Source: an uncultured Thermoplasmata archaeon
Lineage (GTDB): Archaea; Thermoplasmatota; Thermoplasmata; UBA10834
Length of the DNA: 64,000 nt
Direction: 5' to 3'
Assembly: GCA_963719945.1 (NCBI GenBank)
Contig: CAVRDX010000001.1
Span: 544,001 to 608,000 of the forward strand
Below are positions 38,724 through 49,355 of this stretch, in pieces (position 1 is the stretch's first letter; each line of letters begins with the position of its first letter). The notes below the pieces were generated by a model, which did no database searches, was not told the origin of the DNA, and saw nothing but the letters and a program-made list of their open reading frames with translations. Made by a program: the position numbers and the translations under genes.

Positions 38724-39791
38724 CTATCTTGACAATCGTTCCATAACGGCTTTGATGATCAAAGGCCAGGCGATTGTAGCATCCGAGAAGACCTCTGCGT
38801 ATCTGCCACCTTCGGATCTGGGGACGATCTTGCCCCATGAAACACCTTCAGAGTAAGAGCATCCAGAAAGGCCGCCCCAATGTACAGGCTCAGGGCAGAT
38901 ACGAACTGCATAGTCGAATCTCTTGAATCCGCCGCCACTGCCTACACGCTTATTGATGATGTCCAGATATGGACCTACTTGCTGGGCCCAATTTCGGGGT
39001 ACACCTCCTCCGATCGTGAGGATCCCCAGTTTCTTTGATGCCAATACCCTATCGGTATAGTCTTCAAGGTCTGCAAATGCATCATACTTTATAGGGGTCT
39101 TCCCCGCAAGCTTCATGCGTCTCATATATACGCCAAAATCCAATCCCAACTCCGAGTCTGTGAATGATGGCACATAAACCGGGACCTTCTTCAGATATGC
39201 AGACTTCAAAATGCCCCTCTGGTCCTCGGTCGTGTTCTCGGCCAGATGCTTGCCGATCAACCAGTTGAGCGCGAAACTCCCGAGAGATTCAGACCCTCCG
39301 GTTGCTTTCTCCATGACATCCCGAAAGATGAGTTCCATGTCATCGAGACTTCTCTCAAGCTCGATCGTGTCATATATCCGATTGTAGCCCTTGTGATAGA
39401 GTTGCACATCATTCATGAACTCGCTGTGCTTGAAGTGTGCTCGACCCGTGGATTCTACCATTCCGTGAGCCATGATAGCTCCTGTTGTGACGACCGCATC
39501 GGTCATCCCTTGGTCGATCATATCGCAAACGATAAGTCCCATCTTGGCGGGCGTCATCGCCCCTGACAGAGTGAGGACCTTGAAACAGTCTTCATCCTCA
39601 ACCATATCCTGCACTACTTCGGCAGCCTCCCCAACACTCCTTGCTCCGAAACTGCACTTGCCCATCGCATACACAAGATCGGAGACCGTATGGATGTTGG
39701 ATAGGTCCAATGAAGCCAATGGCTCCAACTTGTCGCTCGCGCCGTCGCTCAGATCACCAGTCTTGCGGATCTTCTTACCAGTTCGTGACAT
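38724..39791 (-). CDS. Second deoxyhypusine synthase-like protein (possible homospermidine-pathway enzyme)
   Basis: SGAMT, FTDSELG, IGGGVPRNW, WGGLSGCSYSEGVSWGK, SDAT. Confidence 0.9.
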   Translation of the reverse strand: MSRTGKKIRKTGDLSDGASDKLEPLASLDLSNIHTVSDLVYAMGKCSFGARSVGEAAEVVQDMVEDEDCFKVLTLSGAMTPAKMGLIVCDMIDQGMTDAVVTTGAIMAHGMVESTGRAHFKHSEFMNDVQLYHKGYNRIYDTIELERSLDDMELIFRDVMEKATGGSESLGSFALNWLIGKHLAENTTEDQRGILKSAYLKKVPVYVPSFTDSELGLDFGVYMRRMKLAGKTPIKYDAFADLEDYTDRVLASKKLGILTIGGGVPRNWAQQVGPYLDIINKRVGSGGGFKRFDYAVRICPEPVHWGGLSGCSYSEGVSWGKIVPRSEGGRYAEVFSDATIAWPLIIKAVMERLSR

Positions 39792-39830
39792 CGGTCAACC
39801 TCCATATCGTACTGGAGATCGTCATCATAT

Positions 39831-40430
39831 CTACTTCGGCCCTGATGCAGGACCACTGACCGCAGAGCGCACATCCTCGCTGTCGTAAACGAACACTGCA
39901 GCTGCAAGCACGGTTGTATATCCACCGGATTTATCGCCTTCAGCAGTCTTGGTCACATTGAACGATCTGACGATCTTGCCACTCATCTTGTATTGATCCT
40001 CGCGCTCGTCCCAATCCATATCGGCATCAAATGAGATGCCCAGGGTCGTTGCTAGCATCGTAGCAGCAAGGTCCTCCGCGATATCTCCAGCCGTCGCGGA
40101 ATTTGAGCCGAATGCATGATATTCAGATATGTAGCCATACTGAGTCTCATCTGCAGGCACGGCACAACCGACCGCCGCAGCCACCATTCTATTGGGCTCG
40201 TTCGTCGAGTTCCTCGACATGACAACGAAAGCGATCTGCCCCGGGTTCATGTCCTTGAGGCCTTCTTCCCTAGAGACGATCTTGCATCCTGGGGGAAGGA
40301 TACTGGATACGGATACCAGGTTGAATTTCTCTATACCAGCATCTCTAAGCGCCATCTCGAAAGATTGCAGCTCGTGCTTATGACGTCCCACACCCTTGGT
40401 GGTAAACATTTTCTTCGGCACTATAGGCAT
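39831..40430 (-). CDS. pdaD: Pyruvoyl-dependent arginine decarboxylase
   Basis: [21 protein letters not shown] (Ser-Ser autocleavage site), GYISEYH. Confidence 0.93.
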   Translation of the reverse strand: MPIVPKKMFTTKGVGRHKHELQSFEMALRDAGIEKFNLVSVSSILPPGCKIVSREEGLKDMNPGQIAFVVMSRNSTNEPNRMVAAAVGCAVPADETQYGYISEYHAFGSNSATAGDIAEDLAATMLATTLGISFDADMDWDEREDQYKMSGKIVRSFNVTKTAEGDKSGGYTTVLAAAVFVYDSEDVRSAVSGPASGPK

Positions 40431-40615
40431 AATTCGAACGTATTATGAAATCACGTTCTTAAAACTATTTCTCGGACCAGATTCCCTATCATTTTAGACT
40501 CACCACTGGCAAAATGGTTCTAAAAACGAAATGTTCGAACGATTTTCGGATGTGAAGAAAGGGTCATCGATACGAGAGAATCATCTCACGTCCTGATGAA
40601 TCATAATTCCAAGAT

Positions 40616-41187
40616 TCAATGACCGGATATGTCATCGACGAGATCAATCGTCAGGCCAGATAATGCCTCGAGAGCAGGATCGTCATCGAAGTAGAACGGG
40701 GATACATAGAACACTACTATGGATTCGAAATCGACTTTGCAGAACCATGCGAGCGCACCTATCTCCGCGACTTTCACTCGTTCGATGTGCTGAAGCGGGG
40801 GATATCCGACCACGACATCGTAGAACACACCATAGACGTATTCTTTAGCAAAGTGACCGGCAAATGGATAGTCGGCTGATTTCGACTCAACGACAATATC
40901 GACATCGACCCCGTATTGTTCGTGCACATAGTCTTCGGCATAACTATCAAGACGATCGAAAGCCGCGCTGAATGCTGTGCTCGGAGCACTGATTATTCGT
41001 ATGGTTGCTATCGCAATGAACGCTCTTCCGTTCGTGTATATCGATTCGAAAATATTGGGGAATGAGTTGTATCGCTTCGTCGCAATCGTAAGATTCGCCA
41101 AGCTCGAAGGTTTTGCCTCGGTAACAGGATATGCAAAGAAGGAGACACACAAGAGCACGGCCACGAACCAGAGGCATAGGCGTTCAT
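40616..41187 (-). pseudogene. Secreted hypothetical protein with an apparent 1-nt deletion in codon 2
   Basis: ATG 41187 (after GAGGA) is 1 nt out of frame with the 182-aa ORF; restoring one base gives signal peptide MKRLCLWFVAVLLCVSFFAYPVTEA. Confidence 0.5.
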
Positions 41188-41781
41188 AATCCTCTTAGAT
41201 TGGAGCCATGACCCAAACAATATCAGGGATGCATCTAATTCAAGAAAATAATAAAAAGAGAGGGGGGAAGTTCAATACATATTTCGTCTTCTGAGCATAT
41301 AAAGACATAGGATTGGAGTGGTTTTTCCAAACATTCTAATGACGAAAGTTTCATATATTATCTATTTGCCAATTGCACCTTATACAACACACACGTTCAC
41401 ATTCTACCATTGTTGCACCCTCATGTGCTTTGACGGTCACTCGCACTCTCCGCCTGACACAACCTCAAGACTTCAATCAGAATTGCCAGACTAGAGCCTG
41501 TTGTTTTCTCAAGCATCTTGAGTTTCATGTCCTAGAAGAATATCGAAGAGTCTTCGTTCAGAACAATCTTCGTGATCTCTTCGTGCATGAGTCATATCTT
41601 TGAAAGGACCAAACAATACTTCACAGCGTGAACATGACACGCACAATATTCTTGGGGGATGGGAGAGAATCATCAAGTCAGTATCACCATCCGGCATATG
41701 AGAAACCAATTAATACAGCGTTAACCATCACGAGTCATCGGAGTCGAACACCTTCTCTGAAAAGTGAGCCTTTGGGGAGAC

Positions 41782-41820
41782 TCATTTGGGGGGTTGCACC
41801 CCCCAAAATGATTTTTTTCT
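41782..41820 (+). terminator. Hairpin plus T-tract
   Basis: TCATTT-GGGGGG-TTGCA-CCCCCC-AAAATGA followed by TTTTTTT. Confidence 0.6.
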
Positions 41821-41858
41821 TATTCGAATCGATTCATCATCCGATGCCATCAGAGCGA

Positions 41859-43667
41859 TTACATATCAGTAGCATGTGATCCTTGAGAAACCATTCGCAA
41901 TACTCTGTATAGGACTCGAGGGATCTCGTCAAAGCTTGATACGGCATACATTCTGCCTCCACCATTTTTCGCAATATCTTCACACACAGAAGGTTGGCAA
42001 TCGTGACTTTTAGTCATAATCACAAAAAGGCGCCGGTAGGACATGGCTGCACTTCGAGGATCGGCACCCACCGTGTAATTGCCATCTGTTATCAATATCC
42101 CAACCCTATTCTTCGTGGAAGCCTTTGAGAGCTCATCAACGCCCTTGTGAAGGGCCAATTCGATGTTTGTATATCCTGCCGCGCAGAAGGACAACAGCTC
42201 GGATATCAAATCATCCAACCCCTTAGACTGATCAATTCTCTTGACAGTCCGAGGACGATCATTGAATGTGATCAGGAGATAATCCACCGTCTTCAATCTG
42301 TGAGCGATGACTGCAATTGCGGCTGTGGCGATTGCCAATTTATCTCCCGTCATGGAAAGGCTGGCATCTAGGATGAGTCCAACAGCCATCTCTCTGGGAA
42401 TGCGCTTTTCCACCACGATATCGGAGGGCATTATTTCACTGAGATGAAGCGCATTGTCAAATGTCGCTTCCAGGTCAATCTCTGATTCCTCATCAAGAGA
42501 GTAGCCTTCCCGAGTGATAGATGTCGGCAAAGAAACAGGCCCCAGCAGTTGCAGGACATGGTGAATGGTCGCTCGAACCGCAATCCGCTTGGCCATGTCC
42601 CCCAGCGCAGGGTTCGGCATCAAATATCTCAAACGGGAATAGTTCTTCGCTATCGTCCATCCCAGGTCATCTGAGCTGTTATCATTCCGACTGACGAGGC
42701 CATCAAGGAAAGGCATTAGATCTGAGACATTCACATCACGGCCCCTACGATCACCGACACGTTTCTCACCAGAGTAGGTGGCCCCATCGGTCTTGAAGCT
42801 CATCGCATCCACTTCCGGTCCCAGAGATGATAGGCACTGGTTGACGATATCATCGATGATGTCGTGTAAGCTGATCGGAGATTCTTCCCTCACTTCAATT
42901 CTCGTTGGGAGAGCCATGTGCGCTGCTGACCTCAATCCGACATTCGGGTCATCGGAGATTATCATGGATAGGTCAACCATGCTCATGGCAGCCCGGATGC
43001 TCGCTCCCCGACGTATGTTCTCGTGGTTTCTGGATTTCCTGGTAATCCATACAGCCTTGTGAATGATATCAGCAGAGGCTTCTGGATATCTTCCCCTCAC
43101 GATCGCTATCTCCTCGGCCTCCGACTGATAGTCAAGCCTCAATAATTCAAACCTATCAGATAGTGCTTCAGACAGAGCTGTTGTAGCGACGAATTCCCTT
43201 GGGTTCTGGGTCGAGATTATAACAAAACCATGAGCAGCGTGAACGGTCCCGAATCTCGGTATCTCGATAATCCCTTCATCCATAGCGGGGAGCAATATGT
43301 TCTGTACACCTTCCGGCATCCTGTTCATCTCGTTCAGGAACAAGACTTTTCCACTTTGCATCGCTTCAGTCAAGGGCCCGGGAACAAATGCTTCACTGCA
43401 ATAACCAATCTTCAGGACGAGTGCAGGATCGAACCAGCCGGACAATTTCTGTTCCGTATAACGTTCATCACCATCGATTCTTATGACATCAATACCCATA
43501 TGATTTGCAACCGCGGTCGCCAATATGGTCTTGCCAACACCGACAGGGCCTTCGATCATCAGATGTCTTCGGACCTTCAGCGCAGCCATGGCCCTTTCGA
43601 TCTCATGGTCCCGTCCAATTATACCATGTTCGCGCTTCACCGATTCCACTTTCTCACGAGGGTCCAT
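41859..43667 (-). CDS. MoxR-family AAA+ ATPase fused to a C-terminal vWA domain
   Basis: GPVGVGKT, LNEMNR, TQNP, LSEALSDRF; MIDAS DASLSM..TNI..ITDG. Confidence 0.9.
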   Translation of the reverse strand: MDPREKVESVKREHGIIGRDHEIERAMAALKVRRHLMIEGPVGVGKTILATAVANHMGIDVIRIDGDERYTEQKLSGWFDPALVLKIGYCSEAFVPGPLTEAMQSGKVLFLNEMNRMPEGVQNILLPAMDEGIIEIPRFGTVHAAHGFVIISTQNPREFVATTALSEALSDRFELLRLDYQSEAEEIAIVRGRYPEASADIIHKAVWITRKSRNHENIRRGASIRAAMSMVDLSMIISDDPNVGLRSAAHMALPTRIEVREESPISLHDIIDDIVNQCLSSLGPEVDAMSFKTDGATYSGEKRVGDRRGRDVNVSDLMPFLDGLVSRNDNSSDDLGWTIAKNYSRLRYLMPNPALGDMAKRIAVRATIHHVLQLLGPVSLPTSITREGYSLDEESEIDLEATFDNALHLSEIMPSDIVVEKRIPREMAVGLILDASLSMTGDKLAIATAAIAVIAHRLKTVDYLLITFNDRPRTVKRIDQSKGLDDLISELLSFCAAGYTNIELALHKGVDELSKASTKNRVGILITDGNYTVGADPRSAAMSYRRLFVIMTKSHDCQPSVCEDIAKNGGGRMYAVSSFDEIPRVLYRVLRMVSQGSHATDM

Positions 43668-43721
43668 GGATAGCTCCGCTGATGGATGTGGAATGCAGCT
43701 ATAAATTATTGTCCCGCAGCA

Positions 43722-45620
43722 TCAGGGAAGTGGAAGCAGGACATTGAATATGCTCCCCATCGAATGGTCGGCATATACTCGATTCTCGACCCAGACGCGC
43801 CCTCTGTAACGTTCGGCCAAGGATTTTACGAGGGACAGGCCCATGCCAGCACCTTTTGATCTCGCAGCAATCCCTCTGGCTTCGAGTCGTTTAGTGTCAC
43901 GGAATCCTCTGGAGAACACCTTATCCTTCACATCGTCAGGTATTCCTATTCCGCGGTCCACCACTCTCGTGCGGGCGTACATTTTGCCCTCGAATTCGTT
44001 CACATCCATCTGAATGTCGATTATGACTTCTTCGTGATCATCATACTTTACCGAATTGCTCAAGAGGTTGTAGAACAACTCCTCCATGAACGAATCCGAC
44101 ATGACCCAAACCTCATCCTCGGGGAGATTGAGCCTTATGTCCACATTGCGGTTCAGGAATGCGCCTCGAACATCATTGGCCACCTGGAGCAATCCCTTCT
44201 TGAGGTCACGTGGGACTATATCGATGTGTTCGTCATCCAACATCTCCGATGATCGTCGCACATTCCTTATGATATGGGATATGCTTCGGGTACCTTCGAT
44301 TGCTGAGGCGATGTATTTCTGCTGCGTACGAGTCAAGGTCGTAGTGGTGAGGACAAGCTCGAGATATGCAGAGATTGGGTTCACGAAGTTGCCGACATCG
44401 TGCGTGAGCAGATCAAGATACATCTTCACTCTCCTCTTGGCATCGTTCATATCGTTGAACATGACCGAATTGCCAATAGCAATCGACGCGATGCTTGCAT
44501 ATGCCTCCATAGATTCCATCTCATCTCTTGTTGGAATCTTGCCATTCGTGGGATAATCCAATTGTATTAATCCTGTAAGATGACCTTCGCGATCATATAG
44601 ACCGAAATACAGCAGATCTAGCTCATGCCATGTCTCGGGACTTGATCGAGGTGCGATTATCTTATCGGGGTTTTCTATGAAGACGAATTCGACGGCTCCA
44701 CCCTTCTGGCTTTCGCCAGGGATGAAGTAGCCAGTAGTAGTGACCCTGAACTCTTCCCTCAGATCCTCAAGTGTCTTCGACTTCGACAATTCGCTCGTCT
44801 TTATGATCTCTTCTTCTTCCTTCGTGTAGCCAGTGAGCGCATCAACAAGGACCTTATCCGAATCATTCGAGTATAATGATACTCCTACGCGCCTGTATCC
44901 AAACGCGGAGCTCATGGCATCGGCCACTTTTTGCAGGACAATATGGATGTCATCCACTCTGAGAACGATTCGGGACAGCTCAAGGAGTCTCAGAGTGTTC
45001 TCAGACTTCAACTCATTCTCTATCAGCAGGTCCTTGGCACGATGGTAGATCCTCGAATTTTCGATCCCAATGGCGGCGATCGTGGCGAACAGTTCCATCT
45101 CAGCCACGGTCTCCATGTCGGGTACCCTATTATCTACTGGATAGTCCACCTGCATGTATCCTATCATCTCGCCCTTCCGATCGTGAAACGCGAGATACAG
45201 AAGATCGAGCTCATGCCACATGCCAGGGGCTTTCCTGGGTGCCAGTGCAGCCTCCAAATCCCTCAGAACGACGAAATCCGCTGCGGGAGTTGTCTGCTTT
45301 TCAGCGGGGATATAATAGGCAATACGAGAAATCCTGCAATCATCACGGAAATCATCGAGAATCGTGTCCAAATCGAACGCATCTTCTCGCGATTGTATCT
45401 CCGCAATCTCCTCAACAGAATACCCTGCAAGAGCATGGTCAGTGAACATCTTGTTCTTATTGTCAATTATGGATATACTGACACGGTCGAATCCGAACTG
45501 CTCCCGCACCGTCTCGACGATCCTCTGCAGCAGGACTCCTATGTCCTCCACATTGAGTAGACTAGTCGTGATATCGAAGATTCTAGAGAGCGTCCTCATC
45601 CTCTTGTCTTGATCTTTCAT
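43722..45620 (-). CDS. GAF-GAF histidine kinase
   Basis: Two GAF repeats with WHELDLLY; THDVGN H-box; NSVKY, DRGIG, GMGL. Confidence 0.9.
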   Translation of the reverse strand: MKDQDKRMRTLSRIFDITTSLLNVEDIGVLLQRIVETVREQFGFDRVSISIIDNKNKMFTDHALAGYSVEEIAEIQSREDAFDLDTILDDFRDDCRISRIAYYIPAEKQTTPAADFVVLRDLEAALAPRKAPGMWHELDLLYLAFHDRKGEMIGYMQVDYPVDNRVPDMETVAEMELFATIAAIGIENSRIYHRAKDLLIENELKSENTLRLLELSRIVLRVDDIHIVLQKVADAMSSAFGYRRVGVSLYSNDSDKVLVDALTGYTKEEEEIIKTSELSKSKTLEDLREEFRVTTTGYFIPGESQKGGAVEFVFIENPDKIIAPRSSPETWHELDLLYFGLYDREGHLTGLIQLDYPTNGKIPTRDEMESMEAYASIASIAIGNSVMFNDMNDAKRRVKMYLDLLTHDVGNFVNPISAYLELVLTTTTLTRTQQKYIASAIEGTRSISHIIRNVRRSSEMLDDEHIDIVPRDLKKGLLQVANDVRGAFLNRNVDIRLNLPEDEVWVMSDSFMEELFYNLLSNSVKYDDHEEVIIDIQMDVNEFEGKMYARTRVVDRGIGIPDDVKDKVFSRGFRDTKRLEARGIAARSKGAGMGLSLVKSLAERYRGRVWVENRVYADHSMGSIFNVLLPLP

Positions 45621-45860
45621 AGGGACGTGCAGCCTCTTCATCTCCCAATTGGGCCATCCAATCAGCCAATCATCATGCATCCGATAAAAGGCTTTGCGAA
45701 TGGTTTCACGAAATGAGATTGATTGCATCATCGCATAATCGACAGCTTCCGGCCTGACATTCGTGCATGACCAGGCCGCACGCCATCAGCTATGGCAATA
45801 TCATCAAAGGCAAAGGATTAATTGCCAACAGTCATTTGAGACATTTATCGGTGAGGGCGA

Positions 45861-46310
45861 TTGAGAGACCTGCATAATGAAATGGTTATCAGACCGATAA
45901 GGGAAGAGGAACTTGGCGCATTGGTGAATCTTTGGAAGGATTCAGGCCTCCCATTTAGACCAGAAGGGAGGGACCGCATGGACAGACTATCTCAGCAGAG
46001 GAAAGACGACCCCGACCTGTTCATTGGCGCATTTGAGAAGGGTATGATGATTGGAGCTGCAATAGCCAGTGACGATGGAAGGAAGGGGTGGATCAACAGA
46101 CTTGCGGTTTTGCCTGCTTTCAGGAGGAAGGGCGTGGGAATGTATCTCGTGGAAGAGTCTGAGAAAGTCCTGAGGAAGCGAGGGAGAAAGGTGTTCTCCA
46201 TACTCATCGAAGGAGAGAACAAGGCCTCAGAAGATTTGTTCATCGGCGCGGGCTACAAAAGAGAAGATGATATCATATACTATGCAAAGAGGGATGATGA
46301 AGCGTTCTGA
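45861..46310 (+). CDS. GNAT acetyltransferase (YpeA-like)
   Basis: DGRKGWINRLAV..FRRKGVG. Confidence 0.9.
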   Translation: MRDLHNEMVIRPIREEELGALVNLWKDSGLPFRPEGRDRMDRLSQQRKDDPDLFIGAFEKGMMIGAAIASDDGRKGWINRLAVLPAFRRKGVGMYLVEESEKVLRKRGRKVFSILIEGENKASEDLFIGAGYKREDDIIYYAKRDDEAF

Positions 46311-46321
46311 GCGAATTGTGC

Positions 46322-47155
46322 TCAACCCAATTCGAACCCTGCGATTCCGAAAACCCTTGTCAAATCACCTGTGTATCGAGGAAGACCTCGAGTCATCATC
46401 CTGACATCGAAATTCTTGACCTGCGCATGTGAGTCGATGATTCGTCGAATATTGGGATTATCCTCAAAATAACCCATGTCAACCCTCATACCATCGAACG
46501 ATGACAGTACAGACGAAAGCAAATGATGGGCATCGTGCGTCCTGCATATCCAAGGACCAATATCCCCACCAAGAGGGGTTCTTCTCGCGAAGATATATCC
46601 ATCAATGACTCCGCCATTCACGGTCTTCCGACACAGGTCAGGGTTATCAGCATGGAGATTCTCCAGAAGATTGGCTCTCGAATCTCCGAATAGTCGTTCA
46701 TCGATCGCTGCAACCTCATCGAGGTCATCAGGGAAGACAGGTTCTGTTGTGGTCAGTCTCGGAAAAGGACCAGTAACGTTCATGCCATATGAGACGACCT
46801 TTGGCCCTTTTGAGAAGCCCATCCGCTCGTACAAACTAGTGCCATCCTCCGTCGAGAATGTAATCACGGACTCGATTCCAGAAGAATCAAGAATGGACAA
46901 TACGTGCTCAAGGAGGCTTCTTCCGATACCGACTCCTCTATTTCCCGCAGTGACGAGAAGATGGCCGATGATCGCTGTGGACGAATGAATCATACTCGTT
47001 ATAAGACCGCGAAGCTCCTCGTCCTCCCACACATAGCTCAAGCCTTTTGACAAGCTGAGGACGCGTTCTATCTCGACCCGCGAATATGCCCACCGCACCT
47101 GATTGGTAGCATTCAGAACGAAGTCTATGTCACTAGTTCTCATAGTCCGTATCAT
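46322..47155 (-). CDS. GNAT acetyltransferase (YitH-like, two-domain)
   Basis: NRGVGIGRSL, LYERMGF, FGDSR, IGPW. Confidence 0.88.
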   Translation of the reverse strand: MIRTMRTSDIDFVLNATNQVRWAYSRVEIERVLSLSKGLSYVWEDEELRGLITSMIHSSTAIIGHLLVTAGNRGVGIGRSLLEHVLSILDSSGIESVITFSTEDGTSLYERMGFSKGPKVVSYGMNVTGPFPRLTTTEPVFPDDLDEVAAIDERLFGDSRANLLENLHADNPDLCRKTVNGGVIDGYIFARRTPLGGDIGPWICRTHDAHHLLSSVLSSFDGMRVDMGYFEDNPNIRRIIDSHAQVKNFDVRMMTRGLPRYTGDLTRVFGIAGFELG

Positions 47156-47384
47156 CAAATTCGTCCTCCAGGCGGAATATCCGTGGTCTCGACCGAAAAG
47201 GCTCGGTCTATCGACGATGTCAAATGTTTAAACTCGACCTTGTCGATGATGATGTCATCAGCAACATATCGCATAATGATTGCCTTGCCAGTGAGATCAA
47301 TCCCGATATGCAACAATAACTTCGACATGTTTTTATAACGGGGTGTAAATCCCAAGATGCGCGATTTCGACCCGAGGGATTGGG

Positions 47385-48752
47385 ATGCAGAGCAGTGTAA
47401 ACCCTATCAATAATGCTATCAAGCAGACTAGGTCAACCAGAACAATTCCGATCAATGATCTCCTAGAGATACTCAAAATAATTTCTCGCGTCGAGCCTCT
47501 TGAGGTGCTCCTTGATAAAGTCACCACTACTATCTCATCGGCGTTCGGCATCAAATCACTGGTGATATGCACTCTCGATGACGGGGCAGGAGTGTTCAGC
47601 CCTACAGCAATCAAGGGATTCCCTCTGGACAGTGTAAATGCGATCAGAAGACACACCTATACGCTCGACCGCAAGAAGCATGATTTCAGAGACGATTTGC
47701 GCATAGGTGAGAGAACGTATTACATGCGGCCAGAGGTTCAGCACAAACTCACAAACGACGATATGGACTATGTAATCGACCCCTCCACGATCTCAAAAAA
47801 GCGGGCGCGTCCAGATGAGTGGCATCCATTGGATGCCATATCGTTTCTGATGGTTGACCGCCTTGGGAACTGGATCGGTTGGATTGAGATTGACGAGACG
47901 ATAGATGGAAAGGTTCCGACACCGGATGTCATTGGGAGGATCCAGCTGCTTGCAGACCTCACCGGAATCGCCATAGAGAACTCAAGGGTGTATGAAGACG
48001 CCATCGCAGCTATGAACGAATCACAGAGTTACCTCGACCTGATAGTACATGATATCGGCAACATCGTGAACCCGCTCATATATTATCAAGAAAAGATCGA
48101 AGCAAGCGATGCTCTCGATGAAAAGAACCGAGAATATCTCGGCCGAGCAATTGCTGCATCCAAAGCCGCAAAAGGCCTCGTGGACAACGTGAGGAAGGTC
48201 TCGGAAGCGAAATCCTCAGATGCTCTGGTCCAAGAGAACATGGATCTCAGGGAAGTCCTGGTCAAATGCATCTCGGCACTGAAGAGAGATTTCCCATCCA
48301 AGGACATCATAGTGGGCCTCGACTGCCCGGAGAACGAATGCATGGTCAAGGTCGACTCACTAATCCACGACTTATTCATGAATATTTTGAGCAATGCGGT
48401 GAAATACAATCCTAACCAGACCGCGGAGATAGAAGTCGGGATAGGCAATGGCCCAGGAGTCTGGACTGTCTTGATAGAGGACCATGGAATTGGGATTCCA
48501 GATGAGAATAAGAACGGAGTGTTCAATCGGTTCGCCAAGCGCCCGGACGGCGTCTCAGGCACGGGTATGGGATTATCAATCGTATCCCTGCTGGTTGAGA
48601 GATACAATGGTGTCATCAGCGTCAGAGACCGCATTCCAGGCAACCCCCACGAAGGAGCATCCTTCGAAGTAGCCTTCCCAAAGCCCGCATCATCCAACAA
48701 CGGCAAGGTCTCCGCGAATCACCTTGTCATGACCGGTGAGGACAGTTTCTAA
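47385..48752 (+). CDS. GAF histidine kinase
   Basis: WHPLD GAF; VHDIGN; NAVKY, DHGIG, GMGL. Confidence 0.9.
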   Translation: MQSSVNPINNAIKQTRSTRTIPINDLLEILKIISRVEPLEVLLDKVTTTISSAFGIKSLVICTLDDGAGVFSPTAIKGFPLDSVNAIRRHTYTLDRKKHDFRDDLRIGERTYYMRPEVQHKLTNDDMDYVIDPSTISKKRARPDEWHPLDAISFLMVDRLGNWIGWIEIDETIDGKVPTPDVIGRIQLLADLTGIAIENSRVYEDAIAAMNESQSYLDLIVHDIGNIVNPLIYYQEKIEASDALDEKNREYLGRAIAASKAAKGLVDNVRKVSEAKSSDALVQENMDLREVLVKCISALKRDFPSKDIIVGLDCPENECMVKVDSLIHDLFMNILSNAVKYNPNQTAEIEVGIGNGPGVWTVLIEDHGIGIPDENKNGVFNRFAKRPDGVSGTGMGLSIVSLLVERYNGVISVRDRIPGNPHEGASFEVAFPKPASSNNGKVSANHLVMTGEDSF

Positions 48753-48828
48753 CAACTGAATGACAGACCATGAACCACATCCGCTATCTCCGAAAGAAAT
48801 ATCTAAGCAAGAGTCTGTCCCATGAATC

Positions 48829-49278
48829 ATGCCAGATGATGAAATCGGAGGCCAGCCAGTCATCAGAAAGACCGACGACTTCGAGACGATGAGAAGATTG
48901 GCATTGGATGCCGGTCTAGAAGACGGCACTTTCGAGAACATAATATCTGCTGTTGGATTCTTCATTGGTAACCAGATGATGGGAACTGTGGCGCTCAAGA
49001 AGGATGGAGACCGATACTCCATCGAGTGGCTATCGGTTTCTGAGCCACTCCGCGGAAAGGGGATCGGCGGTATGCTGGTCAGTAGAATCGAGTCCGAAGC
49101 GAAGGCGAGAGGAGCGAGCACTCTATGGGCGCTTGCTCGTGCCCCGAAGTTCTTTCAGAAGATAGGATTCAAAGTGGCATCACGCGATGAGGCGGGAGGA
49201 CCGTCCATGAACAACTGCCTCCTCTGTAAACAATTCCAGAAGAACTGTTTCCCCGCCATAGTATCCAAGGCGCTCTAG
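48829..49278 (+). CDS. GNAT acetyltransferase with C-terminal CxxC-x6-C
   Basis: LRGKGIG; FFQKIGF; CLLCKQFQKNC. Confidence 0.85.
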   Translation: MPDDEIGGQPVIRKTDDFETMRRLALDAGLEDGTFENIISAVGFFIGNQMMGTVALKKDGDRYSIEWLSVSEPLRGKGIGGMLVSRIESEAKARGASTLWALARAPKFFQKIGFKVASRDEAGGPSMNNCLLCKQFQKNCFPAIVSKAL

Positions 49279-49355
49279 CCCCACCCAATGAACATTATTC
49301 GACATCTATAAGTATCCTCATGCCGTGATGCTCGCCAACCAATGGGGTTGGCTTA

